Assembly (NCBI GenBank): GCA_051362555.1
Contig: CM120641.1
Span: 17,422,001 to 17,486,000, forward strand
DNA: 64,000 bases
Direction of reading: 5' to 3'
Source of the DNA: Lingula anatina
Lineage: Eukaryota > Animalia > Brachiopoda
The notes under the pieces are model-generated. The model was not told the origin of the DNA, made no database searches, and saw only the letters and a list, made by a program, of their open reading frames with translations. Position numbers and translations under genes: made by a program. Positions 12,601 through 25,100 of this stretch are shown here, in pieces (position 1 is the stretch's first letter; each line of letters starts with the position of its first letter).

Positions 12601-15600
12601 TGCATTTATGAGCGCATTCTCAACGAATTAAGCCAGGCTTTACAAAGCCGGTGACCTAAAAATGGCGGACGCACATGAAAGAAAAACCGCCTAATCTTTT
12701 AATAGTCTCTCCGCCTCCCCACACGTCGTCCCTGCGGGGTACAGTAATTAAATCTCGGCTCCGTTCGCCATGCGGAAGCTACCTGAGAAATATTAAGTGC
12801 GCATGCTCATCAGTTAAACTCGTGGTGAAGAAAGCATGGCGGCTGAAGGCGATCGAAGGAAAAAAGCTCTTCAGTTCTATTATCTTTGAAAACAGAGACG
12901 AAAAAGGAATAATTTGGCCCGTAGAGCAGCAATGAAGCGACTATCTACGGAGATATTATCACCAGAGATATTCACGGAAATATTAATGTTCGGAGCCGAG
13001 ATTTAATTACTGTACCCCGCAGGGACGACGTGTGGGGAGGCGTGTGAGAGGCGGAGAGACTATTAAAAGATTAGGCGGTTTTTCTTTCATGTACGTCCGC
13101 CATTTTTAGGTCACCGGCTTTGTAAAGCCTGGCTTAATTCGTTGAGAATGCGCTCTATGATAGATAAGGCAGCTTTCAAAGTAAAACAAAATCTATGAAA
13201 GCTATGGCACACAAAGACACAACTGTGTGAGGTAGGACCAGGAAGTTAAATGCATGGCTATTAGCATCCATTAAAAGAAAGATCAGTGAACTGCTGAATA
13301 CCTCCTCTCCCTGTCAGGGCTATTCTCTAAGGACCCCTCCTCCAAGACCCCATTCCTAGACACACCACTGGTCTACCTAGATCGACCATACCTCCACCAA
13401 ACTCTTGCTAAGTGCAATCAGCTTAACTGACACAGTTCCCCTTGTTTCCAAGGTACTAGTACAATCACCAGCTTTTCTGCATTCTACTTAAGGCCGGGAG
13501 GAGGCATGTTAACCTGTAACGCTGATTGCACTCAGCGAAAAATCCCTGCAGAGTTAAGTTAATCCATGTAGGCCGATGGTGTCTCTGGGAATAGGGCCTA
13601 AGAAGAGGTAGCCTATCTAGGCGCTGCAGACTGATACGAGATCAATTGCTATAGATTGGTACAGACAAATTGTTTTGCATTGTTGCCTAGTTTAAGCAGG
13701 ACATTAGCTGTGGAAATATTCAGGGTTCAGCAGTGCTCATGAGTTATCATGCAGTGAGTTGCATACCTTCCATATATATATAAATCTATATTCCACACTA
13801 TACCATCTGTCCACATGCAGATATCCCTTACAACTGGCCAATATGCGACTGAGTTGTAATAAAATTTGCAAACATATCATAAACAGATCCTGTGTGCAGC
13901 TCTACCCTCATCCCACCATTTCTAGTCCAATGCCTAAACACTTTTTGTGTCCTCTGACAACTCACTTCCCCCCTACCTCAACTTCTTGCAGCCACTGTCT
14001 CTTTTTTGGCAAATTTCTGTGCACTGATGACAACTGCAATTTGTGGGTGCCGAGAATGTCTGATTGTCATGTGGGAAATCCTACTATGTTACTAAAACAA
14101 ACCCTACATAGTGCTTTGCCTATAAATGCATACATATAATATTGGTAATATTCTGAATGGGTAACTGAACTTTGTTGTTTTCTTTTCAAATGTGGTTGCT
14201 CACCAGAATGCAAACCTAAAACATATTAATGACTGCTAGGGTGCATGCTAAGCCAGTGGTCACCTGCTGACAAGTTGATAATTATTTTGTTACTATTCTC
14301 CAACATCAAATAATTATGTTATAAAAACTGATAGTGGATGGAGTCAGTCAACCAAAATGTGGATGGAACAAACCATGATGTGGACTGGAGTTGAGAAAGT
14401 GGAAGTCATGCGGGACGGTTTCTGTGGTTTGTGGTCATGCACCAATCATCGTTCCATCACATGGGAGTAACCATTAATAATTAACTGTATAACAATGACA
14501 AATGCTGATTAACAGTCCAACAAGAGTGCATGCAACCAGAGTGTGCATGTGTGTATACCTATCATGCTATGAGTACTAGTACACTGCACTTATATCAGCA
14601 GGGTAGGTTACTAGTAATTAAGACTAAGGAATAATTGCAAGGGTTAAGCAAGGTGATGCAGGCGTTTGATTGCAACTGTTTACAATGATGCCAATTAAAA
14701 AGCAACTTCTGGGAGGTACTCCTATCATGTTTTTTCCAATTCTTTAAAGAAGTATATTGACATATTTATTTGTGATGGACATTGGAACTAGAACCTATCC
14801 ATAAAGACATAATGATATGTAAGGGCCTGTCATAGATAAAAACCAACTATTAATATATATAGGTAGGATGTATTTCCACTTGAAAATAGTGTCAATACAG
14901 GATGTAACAGTTTGAAACTGATCTCATAACGACTTATAACAGGGATTTTTATTTCCCCATAAATATCCTTTTCTAACAGTTAACCATAACAGTCATCCTG
15001 TTATAGTAATTTTTCTTGTCCAATTTCATCAAAAATGTATTACATCATATTAAGTTCTATCAAATTCATTATTCATGTGTTTCAGCACACCCAATTTTGA
15101 AACAATCTCACCTCGTTAACTGCAAGTCTATGACTGGGTTCCCACAGATTTAGATCGATCCATCTGGATCGACCTAACTCCCTGGAGGTTCATGCTAAAT
15201 TGCTGTCAGCTTCCGGGAGCTGAGAGCGCACAAAAGTTGTTACAGTTTTTAGTAGGCGGGACAGACATTTAAGCCGGTCAAGCTGACAGCAATCTAGCGA
15301 GACTCCCCAGGAGGATAGATTGATCTAAATATCTGTGGGAATGGTCTCTAATACGTGAGTTTATACAGACTTGCTAGGTACTTGCTTATATACACATGCT
15401 AGGTAAACACATAGCTGCTAATTATGCTATCCTGTCAATCAGCAGAAGTGTCTTTTTTTCAAATTGTCCCATCTTCAGTTATTGATCTATAGATTTGATC
15501 AGACAAGAAAAACTTACCATAAATGTTTTTCACATCTAGTGCACTGTCATATCAAATCATATCTACTATTAGGAATCAAATTCAGCATTTTCAAGCTACA

Positions 15601-17367
15601 GATTGAGATGCAAACGTATGTTGACTGGAGGACATAAAATAATGCAAAATATGAATGCTCCTGACTTGTGTATTTTATGTGGTAAGTGTAAACAGCACTA
15701 ACATTCACCGGTTTGTACACCCCAATGCTATTACAGGGCATTTGGTTGCTGTTAAGCTTTGTGATCTCCAAGAAAGATTTATACTTAATGGGGATTTACA
15801 CAACATTATATAGTTATGATTGTTATGTACTGATAGTTGAAGTTCCATCCAGTTTCATAACTTGGAATTTGTTTATAAAAAAAAGGTTAAAAAGACTGCC
15901 CTTTATCAGAATTGTGAACCCTATCATGTTTAGCTTGTCATCTAGAACTGATTTGATGGATTTAATTAACCAAAGTTGAGGAAAAATTAAATCTTTGGAA
16001 GACATCTATATTTGGGAATTCCCTGCAAATCTTTCACTTAGTCATTCCACTTATCCAACTTTCTCTTTCAAGTAAAATCCAACATTGTATTTAACCTATT
16101 GTCTTTCAATCAGGGTCATAATTGTCCTTGATGATAAAATATGTTTGAATCAATTACACCCAATTCTACAAACTCGTGCACTTTGATATGCCTTTGAACA
16201 GAGGTCATTGTTGTCAAATGTTGGTCATTGTATGGCCTAGAGAAAACCTCCAAGAGGTCAAAATCCACAGATGCCAATGAATCAAAATTTTTTTCTAAAT
16301 TACTAACCTTCAGCACACAGGTGGACACAACCTCAGCCCATTTGTTAACTGATGATAAGGTTGGTTAAAAGCAAGTGTCATATATGCCAGCTGCAACCCA
16401 ATTGTACAAGCATATATGTCTTTTAACTATTTATCAGTTTTGTTATAAAGGCCAAAATCAGAGGTCAAATTGTCTGTAGTATACAGCTGTGGTCGATTAT
16501 TGGTGACTAGGAATGCTATTCTTTTGTTTCCCATACAGCAGTGTTGAACATCTATAAGGGGTGGTCAACACACAGGTGGTGGGCCCACTACTTATGCCAA
16601 TGTGACCAATTTCAGCAGCATCTACCTGTGTGGTTTGCATATATCATATGTGCAGTGCCAAACCTCAAGCAGTGGCATCATTACCCATAGTAACAAAGCT
16701 ACATCAAGAGTAAATAAGTAACACAAAATTGCATAATGATGTCAGTGTGTTTTTCCAGTAAAATGATTCAGGTAGGCTGGGAAGACCAATGATGGCATTG
16801 TACCTGAGTAACCTCTCTCTAAGACTAACCCAAATATTCCGGGCTATATCATTTTGACTTGTTAAAACATACTCTGACAACAGGAAAAACTGCATGGTAA
16901 CTCTATGAAGATTGTTGGTAGAAAATACACAATACATACTCAGTTGAAAAGCAACCCTGATTTTGTGAAGAAACAAACCATAGATGGATTTCAAATAATA
17001 AGGCAATGTCCAACACCTTAAGTGCTTTTTTTGTTATAGACACCCAAAGAAGGATAAGGTGATGCTTTCCTCTGGGAATACAGCATATGTTTTGTGTTTC
17101 CATGGAGTCATCCATGATTCATTCCTGGTATTCGAGGCAACATTCTCTCCTCTCTGGACAGAAAAGGCACAAAAAGAAGGCGAGATTGAGTCAGCAAATT
17201 ACATCTTACTATCTGCCAACCACATCTCCATAAAATATTCTACACAGACTCTAGGCATGCTAGAACCAGTGGAGAACACATCTGCTTTGTTATTTTGGGT
17301 TTATAATAGGGGATTCCGTTAATAAATTTCCCACATGTTCATTTCAATATCACCAACCTGTAGACAT
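3311..17367 (-). CDS. MAP2K6: Dual-specificity MAP kinase kinase 3/6 (p38 activator, licorne orthologue), 9 coding exons, ~341 aa
   Basis: Exons (- strand): 17358-17367 (ATG TCT ACA G|gt, least certain), 9231-9300, 8693-8855, 6486-6605, 6007-6123, 5476-5655, 4479-4556, 3618-3757, 3311-3458. All introns are GT-AG and the 1026 nt stay in frame. Motifs: KKPRPKLQF docking site, PPRDLDSKA, LGRGAYGVV, MAVK, HRDVKPSN, DFG, activation loop SVAKT, GCKPYMAPE, SDVWSLG. Confidence 0.95.
7365..8677. mobile_element. Non-autonomous hAT-like DNA transposon with 5-bp TSD (hAT5-like), 1.3 kb, in MKK3/6 intron 3
   Basis: 14-bp TIR CAGTGTTTCCCCTG ... CAGGGGAAACACTG, flanked on both sides by TCTAT. The interior is CpG-rich compared with the host intron. 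Confidence 0.8.
9630..9669. repeat. poly(A) homopolymer, ~40 nt
   Basis: Direct observation. Confidence 0.9.
10200..10410. mobile_element. Degenerate fragment of a Helentron/HINE-like repeat
   Basis: Motif order GGATCCAGATGATGAGCTGGATCACCATCAGAATGTAATC ... AATTTTCATCAAG ... GACAAACAG ... GGAGGTGAAAA resembles the ends of non-autonomous Helentrons. Recognised by pattern only. Confidence 0.4.
10670..10842. mobile_element. ~170-bp MITE family A, copy 1 (5-bp TSD)
   Basis: TIR CTGGGGTAGCGCTA ... TAGCGCTACCCCAG with TSD GTAAG on both sides. Homologous copies at 21360 and 27886. Confidence 0.85.
12610..13155. mobile_element. 546-bp MITE/foldback element with ~155-bp TIRs and 3-bp TSD (TAT)
   Basis: 12610-12763 is the reverse complement of 12991-13155 apart from an ~11-nt duplication in the right arm and about 1 mismatch. 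Termini GAGCGC...GCGCTC, flanks TAT/TAT. Confidence 0.9.
13344..13600. mobile_element. Degenerate palindromic repeat family B, divergent copy
   Basis: Ends ACCCATTCCTAGAC ... GTCTCTGGGAATAGGG with an internal CCTAGATCGA. Same architecture as 15133 and 19994. Confidence 0.45.
15133..15348. mobile_element. Palindromic MITE-like repeat family B
   Basis: Starts GACTGGGTTCCCACAGATTTAGATCGATCC and ends ATCTGTGGGAATGGTCTC, forming an imperfect inverted repeat. Clearly homologous to 19994-20272. Confidence 0.65.
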
Positions 17368-17946
17368 AATGCTTGGCTAGCTTCAACCACAACACATCTC
17401 AAATAGTTTGTAGTTTGAGACTTCTGGTCCTCTGATCGTCGCTTTGGGTAAACTTCAATCCTCTATAAAGAACGCAGTATAAAATCCCCGTGCCCTTATC
17501 CACAACACTGGGTAATTTTCTAAGAAAACAAGTGCAACTGTGACAGGAAGTAGGCCCCAATCTGAATCACTTCGAATTCCAAGGGAAAACCCTCCCTGAC
17601 GTCACGGGATGAATCATCGTCTCATAAGCACGCGAGATTTTCGATCAATTGGCAAGGTAGATAACAATGCAATATGCGAAACTGATTCAAACAAACGAAA
17701 AATATGTCCAACAATCGTTGGTTTAACGTTGGATTAGATTTCTAAGAAACAAACAACTTTCGCATGAATAATTAAGATAAGTGCCAATAGATGTCGCTTG
17801 CAGCCTATCGACGATCATGTGACCAAGGCAAAATGGAGTCTATGCTAAACCACCGAGCGTGACGTCTACCAACTAATTCATGACTGAACGAGAGGGTACT
17901 GTTGGATATATTCTCGTAGATACCAGGCTGGTTTGGAAAACCCAAA
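17368..17946. promoter_or_regulatory. Putative bidirectional promoter and 5'UTRs of MKK3/6 (-) and tweety (+)
   Basis: ~580 bp between divergent start codons, locally CpG-rich. Perfect CRE TGACGTCA at 17597-17604 and M-box-like TCATGTGA at 17815-17822. Confidence 0.6.
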
Positions 17947-19063
17947 ATGAATTCTGGCCGAGGAGCAGAACATCCAGGTCTTACTCTTGGCGGCGAAAAA
18001 ACTGAATATATTCCAAGTTGGTTGGCTGCACTTTTTCACTCGTTTCCCCACATTAGCCTAAAATTCCGGTTGTCCAATTCGACGTTCAATTTAGATGATG
18101 AAGAATATATACAGGTATATATGTTATAATTTTTGTATTTCTCTTATTTGGATCTCGCTAAAATACGCATAAATTTTGACAAGTTGGTGTTGTTTTGAAC
18201 AAACTCGGCGCCTCGGGGGCACTCTGGCACCTCTTCCACTAGTGATGTCTCATATCCTTACATACATTTTACCATATCGGGCTAGATGTGACTCATGTTA
18301 TTTCACCAAAATATCACACGGGGTTTACCGTAACGGGAGGTTTCTATTAATCTTTTTTTTCATTTTCTTTTTGCCCTCCATTTGATTATTGGTTTTACAC
18401 ATGAATTGAAAGAGTAAACAGAAAGGTAAACATGAGTATTGCAACCACCTGTTAACCTTATGCTGTTCTGGTGCATATTAGCTGTCGCACCTGCAACACA
18501 GATTCAACTTTACCAGTTTCAGGTGAATAAAATGCAATATTGATGTAACTGTGCCCTACAGCAATTTGGAATTATGCTGAGCATTGAAACCATTAGTGAA
18601 ATAAATACAAGCTGTTCAACCCAATTTTAATTACTAGGGGAGCATTCTGCTTCTAGTTTCTTTCTATCAGTGGTGCCCAAATAAGCCTCTTAACACCATT
18701 GCACCATTTGCCTGAAGACTTTAACATATATTTATATTACAAATGTGGTATAGCTTTTGTATGTTTTTAGAAATTAAGTTCATTATAAAAGAATCATTTG
18801 TGGCAATAAGTAATAGGGTAATATTCTTCAAGGCAATAGTACCACTTGAAGTAGTAAAACCTATGAAATTTTGGTGTTAATGTATGACCTTCAGCATATT
18901 CTGGTTTTCAGTATTATTAACCAATGACATCAGGAAAATCAGCTGAAAAAAGAGAATGATAGTAAAATTTTAAAAAATAATAATAATAAAAGTGCTTCAT
19001 ATCATGAGTGAAATAAATTCTGTTGTTTTTGTAGCTGAAAAATCTTTGAGAATATGTGTAAAG

Positions 19064-19102
<39 letters not shown>

Positions 19103-22100
19103 TATTATTATTTGAGCACATGAAATGAGTGTACATTTATAGGCTCTCTACACTACTAATTATAATATACTTGAGTTTAAATACATGTACATAGTAATAA
19201 TAAAGTTAAAGTGTAATACCAGGTGTCATCTCATTTTGGGTAGCTTCCGTTTTCTCATAGCACTGATTATAAACTTAAAGTGATAATAACTCTTCGTTTT
19301 GGCCAAAAAATGAATTTTCCTGGAGTAAACAACAATTTTCCCATACTTACCAATGGTTAATGAATCAATTTTTACATTCAACGTTAGTCCCTGGTTTTTT
19401 TCTAAAAAGTTTGGTTTTTTGTTAAAATCTCTTAAGAGATTTTAACATAGTATAGCCATCAATGGAGGTCACGTGGTCTAAAGACAAGCTCAGATATCAG
19501 AATAATAGCTATAACAGCCATTTTTGTGGGAAAACAGAATATATTATATTTTTATGAGTCACTCACAATGTTTTTATTGTGAAATACAGATTTCATACGA
19601 AGAGTTATTATCCCTTTAATCTTCACTTACCATGTAAGACATTAAGAAGTGTGTAGTGTGGTGAATTAGTAATGGTCTTTTTATGTATGATGTATTGAGT
19701 AAAAAAGTTATCATGTGGTTAAACTCAGCACATTGGATATTTGACACATGTATATTCATGGTCCAGGAGGTGGATAAAATATGTTTTGAAAAATAGAGTA
19801 AGAAGCAACAAAGAATTTTTTGTTGACAGTACTTTTAGAAAACCAGATGTGAAGTTTTGGTAACCCAGCTAAATGCAGTGGTTGTTTTCACCATTTTCTA
19901 TTGAGGATGTGCATTGGGGGTTGACTTGAGTACTATCACTCTGCCATTGTGAACTTTTACAAATTGGTCTGACACAAAAGTAGACCTTTCTTTGACTGGG
20001 TTCCCATGCCTAGATCGATCCAACAGGATCGATCTAACTCCATGGGATTTACGCTAAATTGTTATCAACTTAAGTGGATGTCACGCCTACCGAATCAGCT
20101 AGGAGGGTAATTAACTTTCATGCACACTTGGCCTACGGTAGTTAATTACCCCCTAACAGCTTTAGTAGGCAAGATAGACATTTAAGCTGTTTAAGTTGAA
20201 AGCAATTTAGTGAGAATCCCCTTGGAGATGGATCAATCCAAAGTTGGTATGATAGTCTCTGGGAATGGTCTCTTTGAATAGGTGGTTGTGGTGATTGGAG
20301 GTTTAACATACTAGATTAAATAAATTTTAACTTAGAAAAAAGGGGAGTTTGTATTTGTAATTTGCATGTGAAGTTTAAATAGGAAAAAAACAAGATCAGC
20401 AACACCCTGTTTCTAAAAGAACAGAGAGTATATATTTATATATTTCACGTACTGTAATATATATTCCAACATCAATTTAGAGGTTGTTTCTTTCTTATTT
20501 CAGTCCCTGGGTTTTGCAGCTGCTCTCCCGGTGTTGCTACTGTTACTGGTGCTCTTCATATTCTCAATTTACTGTTGCTGTCGATGTTCAAGTTGCTGTA
20601 ACAAGAATGCTGCTTCTCCGAGAAGGAAGAACACCCCCTGTTTAAAGTGGACCATAGCCATAATTACTCTTCTAACATGGTAAGTACAGGGTTTAACATT
20701 TTATTGTTGTATGTTTACATTGTTTAGGATAGCCTTGAGTTTCTGTTTATATATATATATATATTCAAGAAGAATTTGTGAGATGATTGAACAGGTTGTT
20801 GTATATAGAATTACTGTACTAGTACTTATGTGTTTTATAAAGTGCAATGGAAATCGAGGTATTCCTTCTCCCTGAGTCCTGGATACGACTGTTTGATCTG
20901 CGAATAGGGATTTCAATAGAGACAAAGCAAGCATTGTTGACACACCCCACAAAAGCAAAGGAGACATTGTTTTCATAACTTGCAGGGATAATGCACAGAG
21001 TTAGTATACAGTTAGTGTACAAGCTGCGTCACTCTGTTACTTTATTGATTGAATCAAATGATCAAAAGTTAGGTCACTTTCTATGCTTGTTTTAATGCTT
21101 CCTTTGAAGTATAAACTGTTAAAATGTTATCCATATTAGATGAATCTGATATGATTAATTTATAAGGTTTAGGGTATAACCTTGCAAAGGGAAAGACTTG
21201 CTATATGGACTGCAGTCACAGAAATCAATAAACTGCCGTTTCTGTACATGAGATTTGAATCTGCTATTTGAGAAATATGTGTTAAGTTTTCTTAATTGTT
21301 ATAATTTTATTTTGTTTAATACAAAAAAAATTCAAAACCTTAAGATCTTTAATACTTATTGGGGTACAGCTAACACTCCCCAATTTAGCCAAATGCTAAA
21401 ACTGACTTTAATTGGCTAAAGAAAGGCTCGATTTAACGTTTTAGCCAAATTATAACCATTTTAATGACAAATTGACAAAAATGTGGTGATTTGGCTAAGC
21501 GAAAAAAAATTGCTACCCCAGTCAAGGTTTAGAAATTTTCTACATTCATGAAAAGTAGATGTAACTCTTAGTCAGACATATCTGAAACCTGGCTAGACAG
21601 AAGATGTATCAATTTTCTTTCAATTGTGAAGTTATTATAGTGAGCTTTCCTGAGATAGGTTTGCCTGATGAGCTGGAGGAGGAGAAGGGAATTCACATAA
21701 CTTTTCTCAGCTTATCCATCTTTCTAATCTTTTAATGGTAATGCATTGCGCAATTATCTTTTCATAGATGGCATAATTTCGTTATCATCATCTAAAAGCT
21801 CGTAGTGCATTGCTTAAAAGGCTTAAATTGCTATTACGCTGCTCTGACAGTTGGCTTAGTACCCCTTGAACATTTTGTTTTGATGCCAAGCCCTGTTTGT
21901 ATGCCAATATTGAGTCGGCTTTGTGATCTAACTACTATTGTATTTGAATGGCAAGGAATAGACGCATTGGATCAACTGATTGCTTTCTTTAAATTGAAAA
22001 GTGGGTGTGTACAGAGCACAGTGTATGCCTCAAAGCCACGAGAATATAAAAGCTAGGTGCCCGTGGACCACCAACACATTTAAATAACATGGGAACCTGG

Positions 22101-25100
22101 CTTTGTAGTTTATCCCAGTGCAAAGACTATAGATAAAAGTTGGGTCTGAAGCCACATTCAGACAAGCTGTTCAGAGGCTTAACTGTGCCACCAGACAACC
22201 AGTCTCATTTATGATGGGATTTGATAGTCCAACAATACTCAGTGGTGTCTCTTTCTCAGTAGATATAACACCAGACATTCAAATCTTGGATGCGTTAATA
22301 CTACCTATATTTGGTTGTCCTGTGATGTAATATTATATACCCAAAGACAGTTCAGTTCAGTTCTTAACTGCTCTGAGAAATTGATTAAATGTTATTGAAC
22401 TCAATGGAATTTCAACTTGATCAGTAGTCAGTCTCTCTTGTAATTTAGTACAGGCAGTCCATTAGGGTTTACATGCATGGTACAACTCTTCCCTGTTATG
22501 TGCCTCACAGATACATTGTGGCTATGAATATAAACTGAGGTCAAGTGCACTGCTGTTTTGTAACAATTCACATGTCATTCTCATGCTTTAATTGATAGTT
22601 GGTGACCTCTTGGCTTACATAAATTGTACCATACAGCAGTTTTATTTTTGGAAGATACATAATCCTAATTTGATACAGTTTGTGATACCAACAGTGTATG
22701 GGCATATAATGGCACTCATTAATCCCATTTTATTTTTACTTTTATTTTGTCTTTTCATGCCTCAAGGCAAAAAAAAAAAAAAAAAAAAAACGTGAAATTG
22801 TTCATGTCAGTTGAAAAAAGAAGAACATATTTTTACATAAGATAAAAAATCTACATAAGATAAAAAATATGTACAGAAATATTTATTTATTTATTTTCAT
22901 ATAAATATCAGTAAAAGGGCAGGGCATATTTTCACCATGTCTTTTGTTTTGTTTCAGTGGTGTACTTGCCAGTGGTTTGTTTGGCAATGAAAAGTTCAAC
23001 AAGGGTGTACTACAGGTGCGGCTGGCAGGTTCTTCAGCTGCAGAAACCATAGACAGTGCTAACGATGTGGTGAGTTATATCACTGGTTATGTTACTGGTA
23101 TGTTGCATGCAATTGATCCAAGCCAGTTTTTATTCTGACTTTTGTAATTCTGCTGTTTTTTTTTTTTTTTTTTTAATGAGACAGGTAAGATATAGGAGTG
23201 CTTTTAATGTTTACATACAACATATTTGATGAGGTTTCATCGGACTGGCAGAGAAATAGTGGAGGTATTCAGAGAAAGCTGCTATGGTCAAAGACATGAA
23301 TGAAATCAACATATTTATCATACAGCAGTTTCTCAATAATTGAACTCTTTGGCAGAGTGCTAGTAGTTATCTGTCAGACTGGTGTGTTTGTGATACAGCT
23401 ATGACCTATGGAAGTTAAATTGCCTCTACATGCATGTGTTCATTTAACCTTTTACTGGCAGTGTGTCTGATAGAAATCCCTTTACAGTCATCAGCTCTGA
23501 TGGTACCTCTTTCAACTAAAATCTCTTTTTTTCCCTCTTTTGTTGGTCAGAAGGAAATGTTCTGCTATGGTACAGAGTATGATATTTCAGGTACAATAAA
23601 GTGAATTAAAAGTATGCAAAACTACCTTTGGCTTGTTTTGCCTACAAGTTGTTTTGACTGTCACTCTTACTGTGAATAAGATATTATGCCAGCATTTTTG
23701 AGTTAGAAAATAAATTGAAAACAAAGAATTGGTCCTTGGGAGAGTATTACATCTTTCCATATGTGATACACCAATAACATGGCGAAAAAGTAAGTCTGAA
23801 AGAAGGAACTGAATGATGCCAGTCTCTTCTTAATTTTTTTTCTTTTTAGAATTGAAACTTTTGAAAGTATCTTGGGGAGTTATCAGTTCAAATTACTTTT
23901 TCGTCCATCTGTAATATGCACTTACATGTTAAGGGATCAATAGAGTTTGGTGTTATTCAAGAACAGATGCTTGTGGTGCTAGAAGAAAGATATTGGAAGC
24001 AATTTTGTCAGATTGCCTCAAGATACGTTTTATACAGCTTGGTTTCGTTGAAATGATGGGGAGGTTTCAATTCAGCCCTTTGATTTGTTTTATTTTTTTT
24101 GCTTCATTTTTTTATCTTTTTATTTTAATTTTACAAATAGTGAACATATAGAACATTCTGAAAAAAAACTACTTTACACAAGCAGTCTTCTGTACAGATA
24201 TACAGCTTCAAATATTGTCTGGGGCTGTTTGAGCTATTGTGTGAGCCCTAGATTTTCTCTTGCTGTTTTCTGCAATGATTTGAGGCACTCAGTCAGTGTG
24301 TGGTCTACCCACTCTTATTGAACGTCTCAATTCATTGTAGGTTTATTGATTTGGAGACAGATTGTGGTCACAAGGTCAAAGATATGAGAAATCGAAGTAA
24401 TCAGTCATGACCTTAGTGCAGGCATGAATGAATCTTGATCATTGAAGCAGAACTGTTTATGCTTCTACATTGAAGAACTGTATATGAATATTCAGAAACA
24501 TGATAAACATTTAAGTAGAAAGACATTTGATTTTAGATGACATACATTAAGACATTAACTTAAAGACACTTTTTGACTTTCTGTAACAGTAATAATGGGA
24601 CTATAAACAACAGAAAATGTCCCCTACACCCAAATGTATCATACTTAGATTTTAATTTGTTCTTTCTGCTAGTATTTGCTTCAACATATTGAATTCATTC
24701 ATTGCTTTTATGTATTTAAATTTGATATCCCCCATATCCCCTGTGGCAATTATATGTTGTGTGATTTATTTGCAATGTTAGTCAGAGTAAAATCATAATA
24801 CATAACTTCTCTCTCATCCTCAGGTTGGGGACATGGGTACCACCATTAATAATAGTATAGTTGTTGGAGTGAATGGTTTTGATGCCCTGTTCAAAAAGTC
24901 TCCTGTTCATAATGCCACCATCAGCCTGATGCTAGACAAGGACCTCCAAACCATAGTCCAACAGGGACGGAACATCATGAAATATGCCTCAGAAATCCAC
25001 AAAGATGCTAACACATCACAAATAAGAAAGATTCTGGAGGATATAAAACAGTATGAAGGTTACAGGTGAGTGAGAAGTGAAATTACCTTGATGGGTGGAA

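Noticed and set aside
12675-12935. 86-aa ORF as a possible transposase or small gene
   Set aside because: It starts inside the TIR of a MITE and has no transposase motifs.
15514-15560. ATG|gtaagt as an alternative MKK3/6 first exon
   Set aside because: It is phase 0 while exon 2 needs phase 1, and the phase-1 frame has an upstream stop with no later ATG.
15823-17115. Several short minus-strand ORFs in MKK3/6 intron 1 as a nested gene
   Set aside because: No recognisable domain, no consistent splice chain, and lengths expected by chance.
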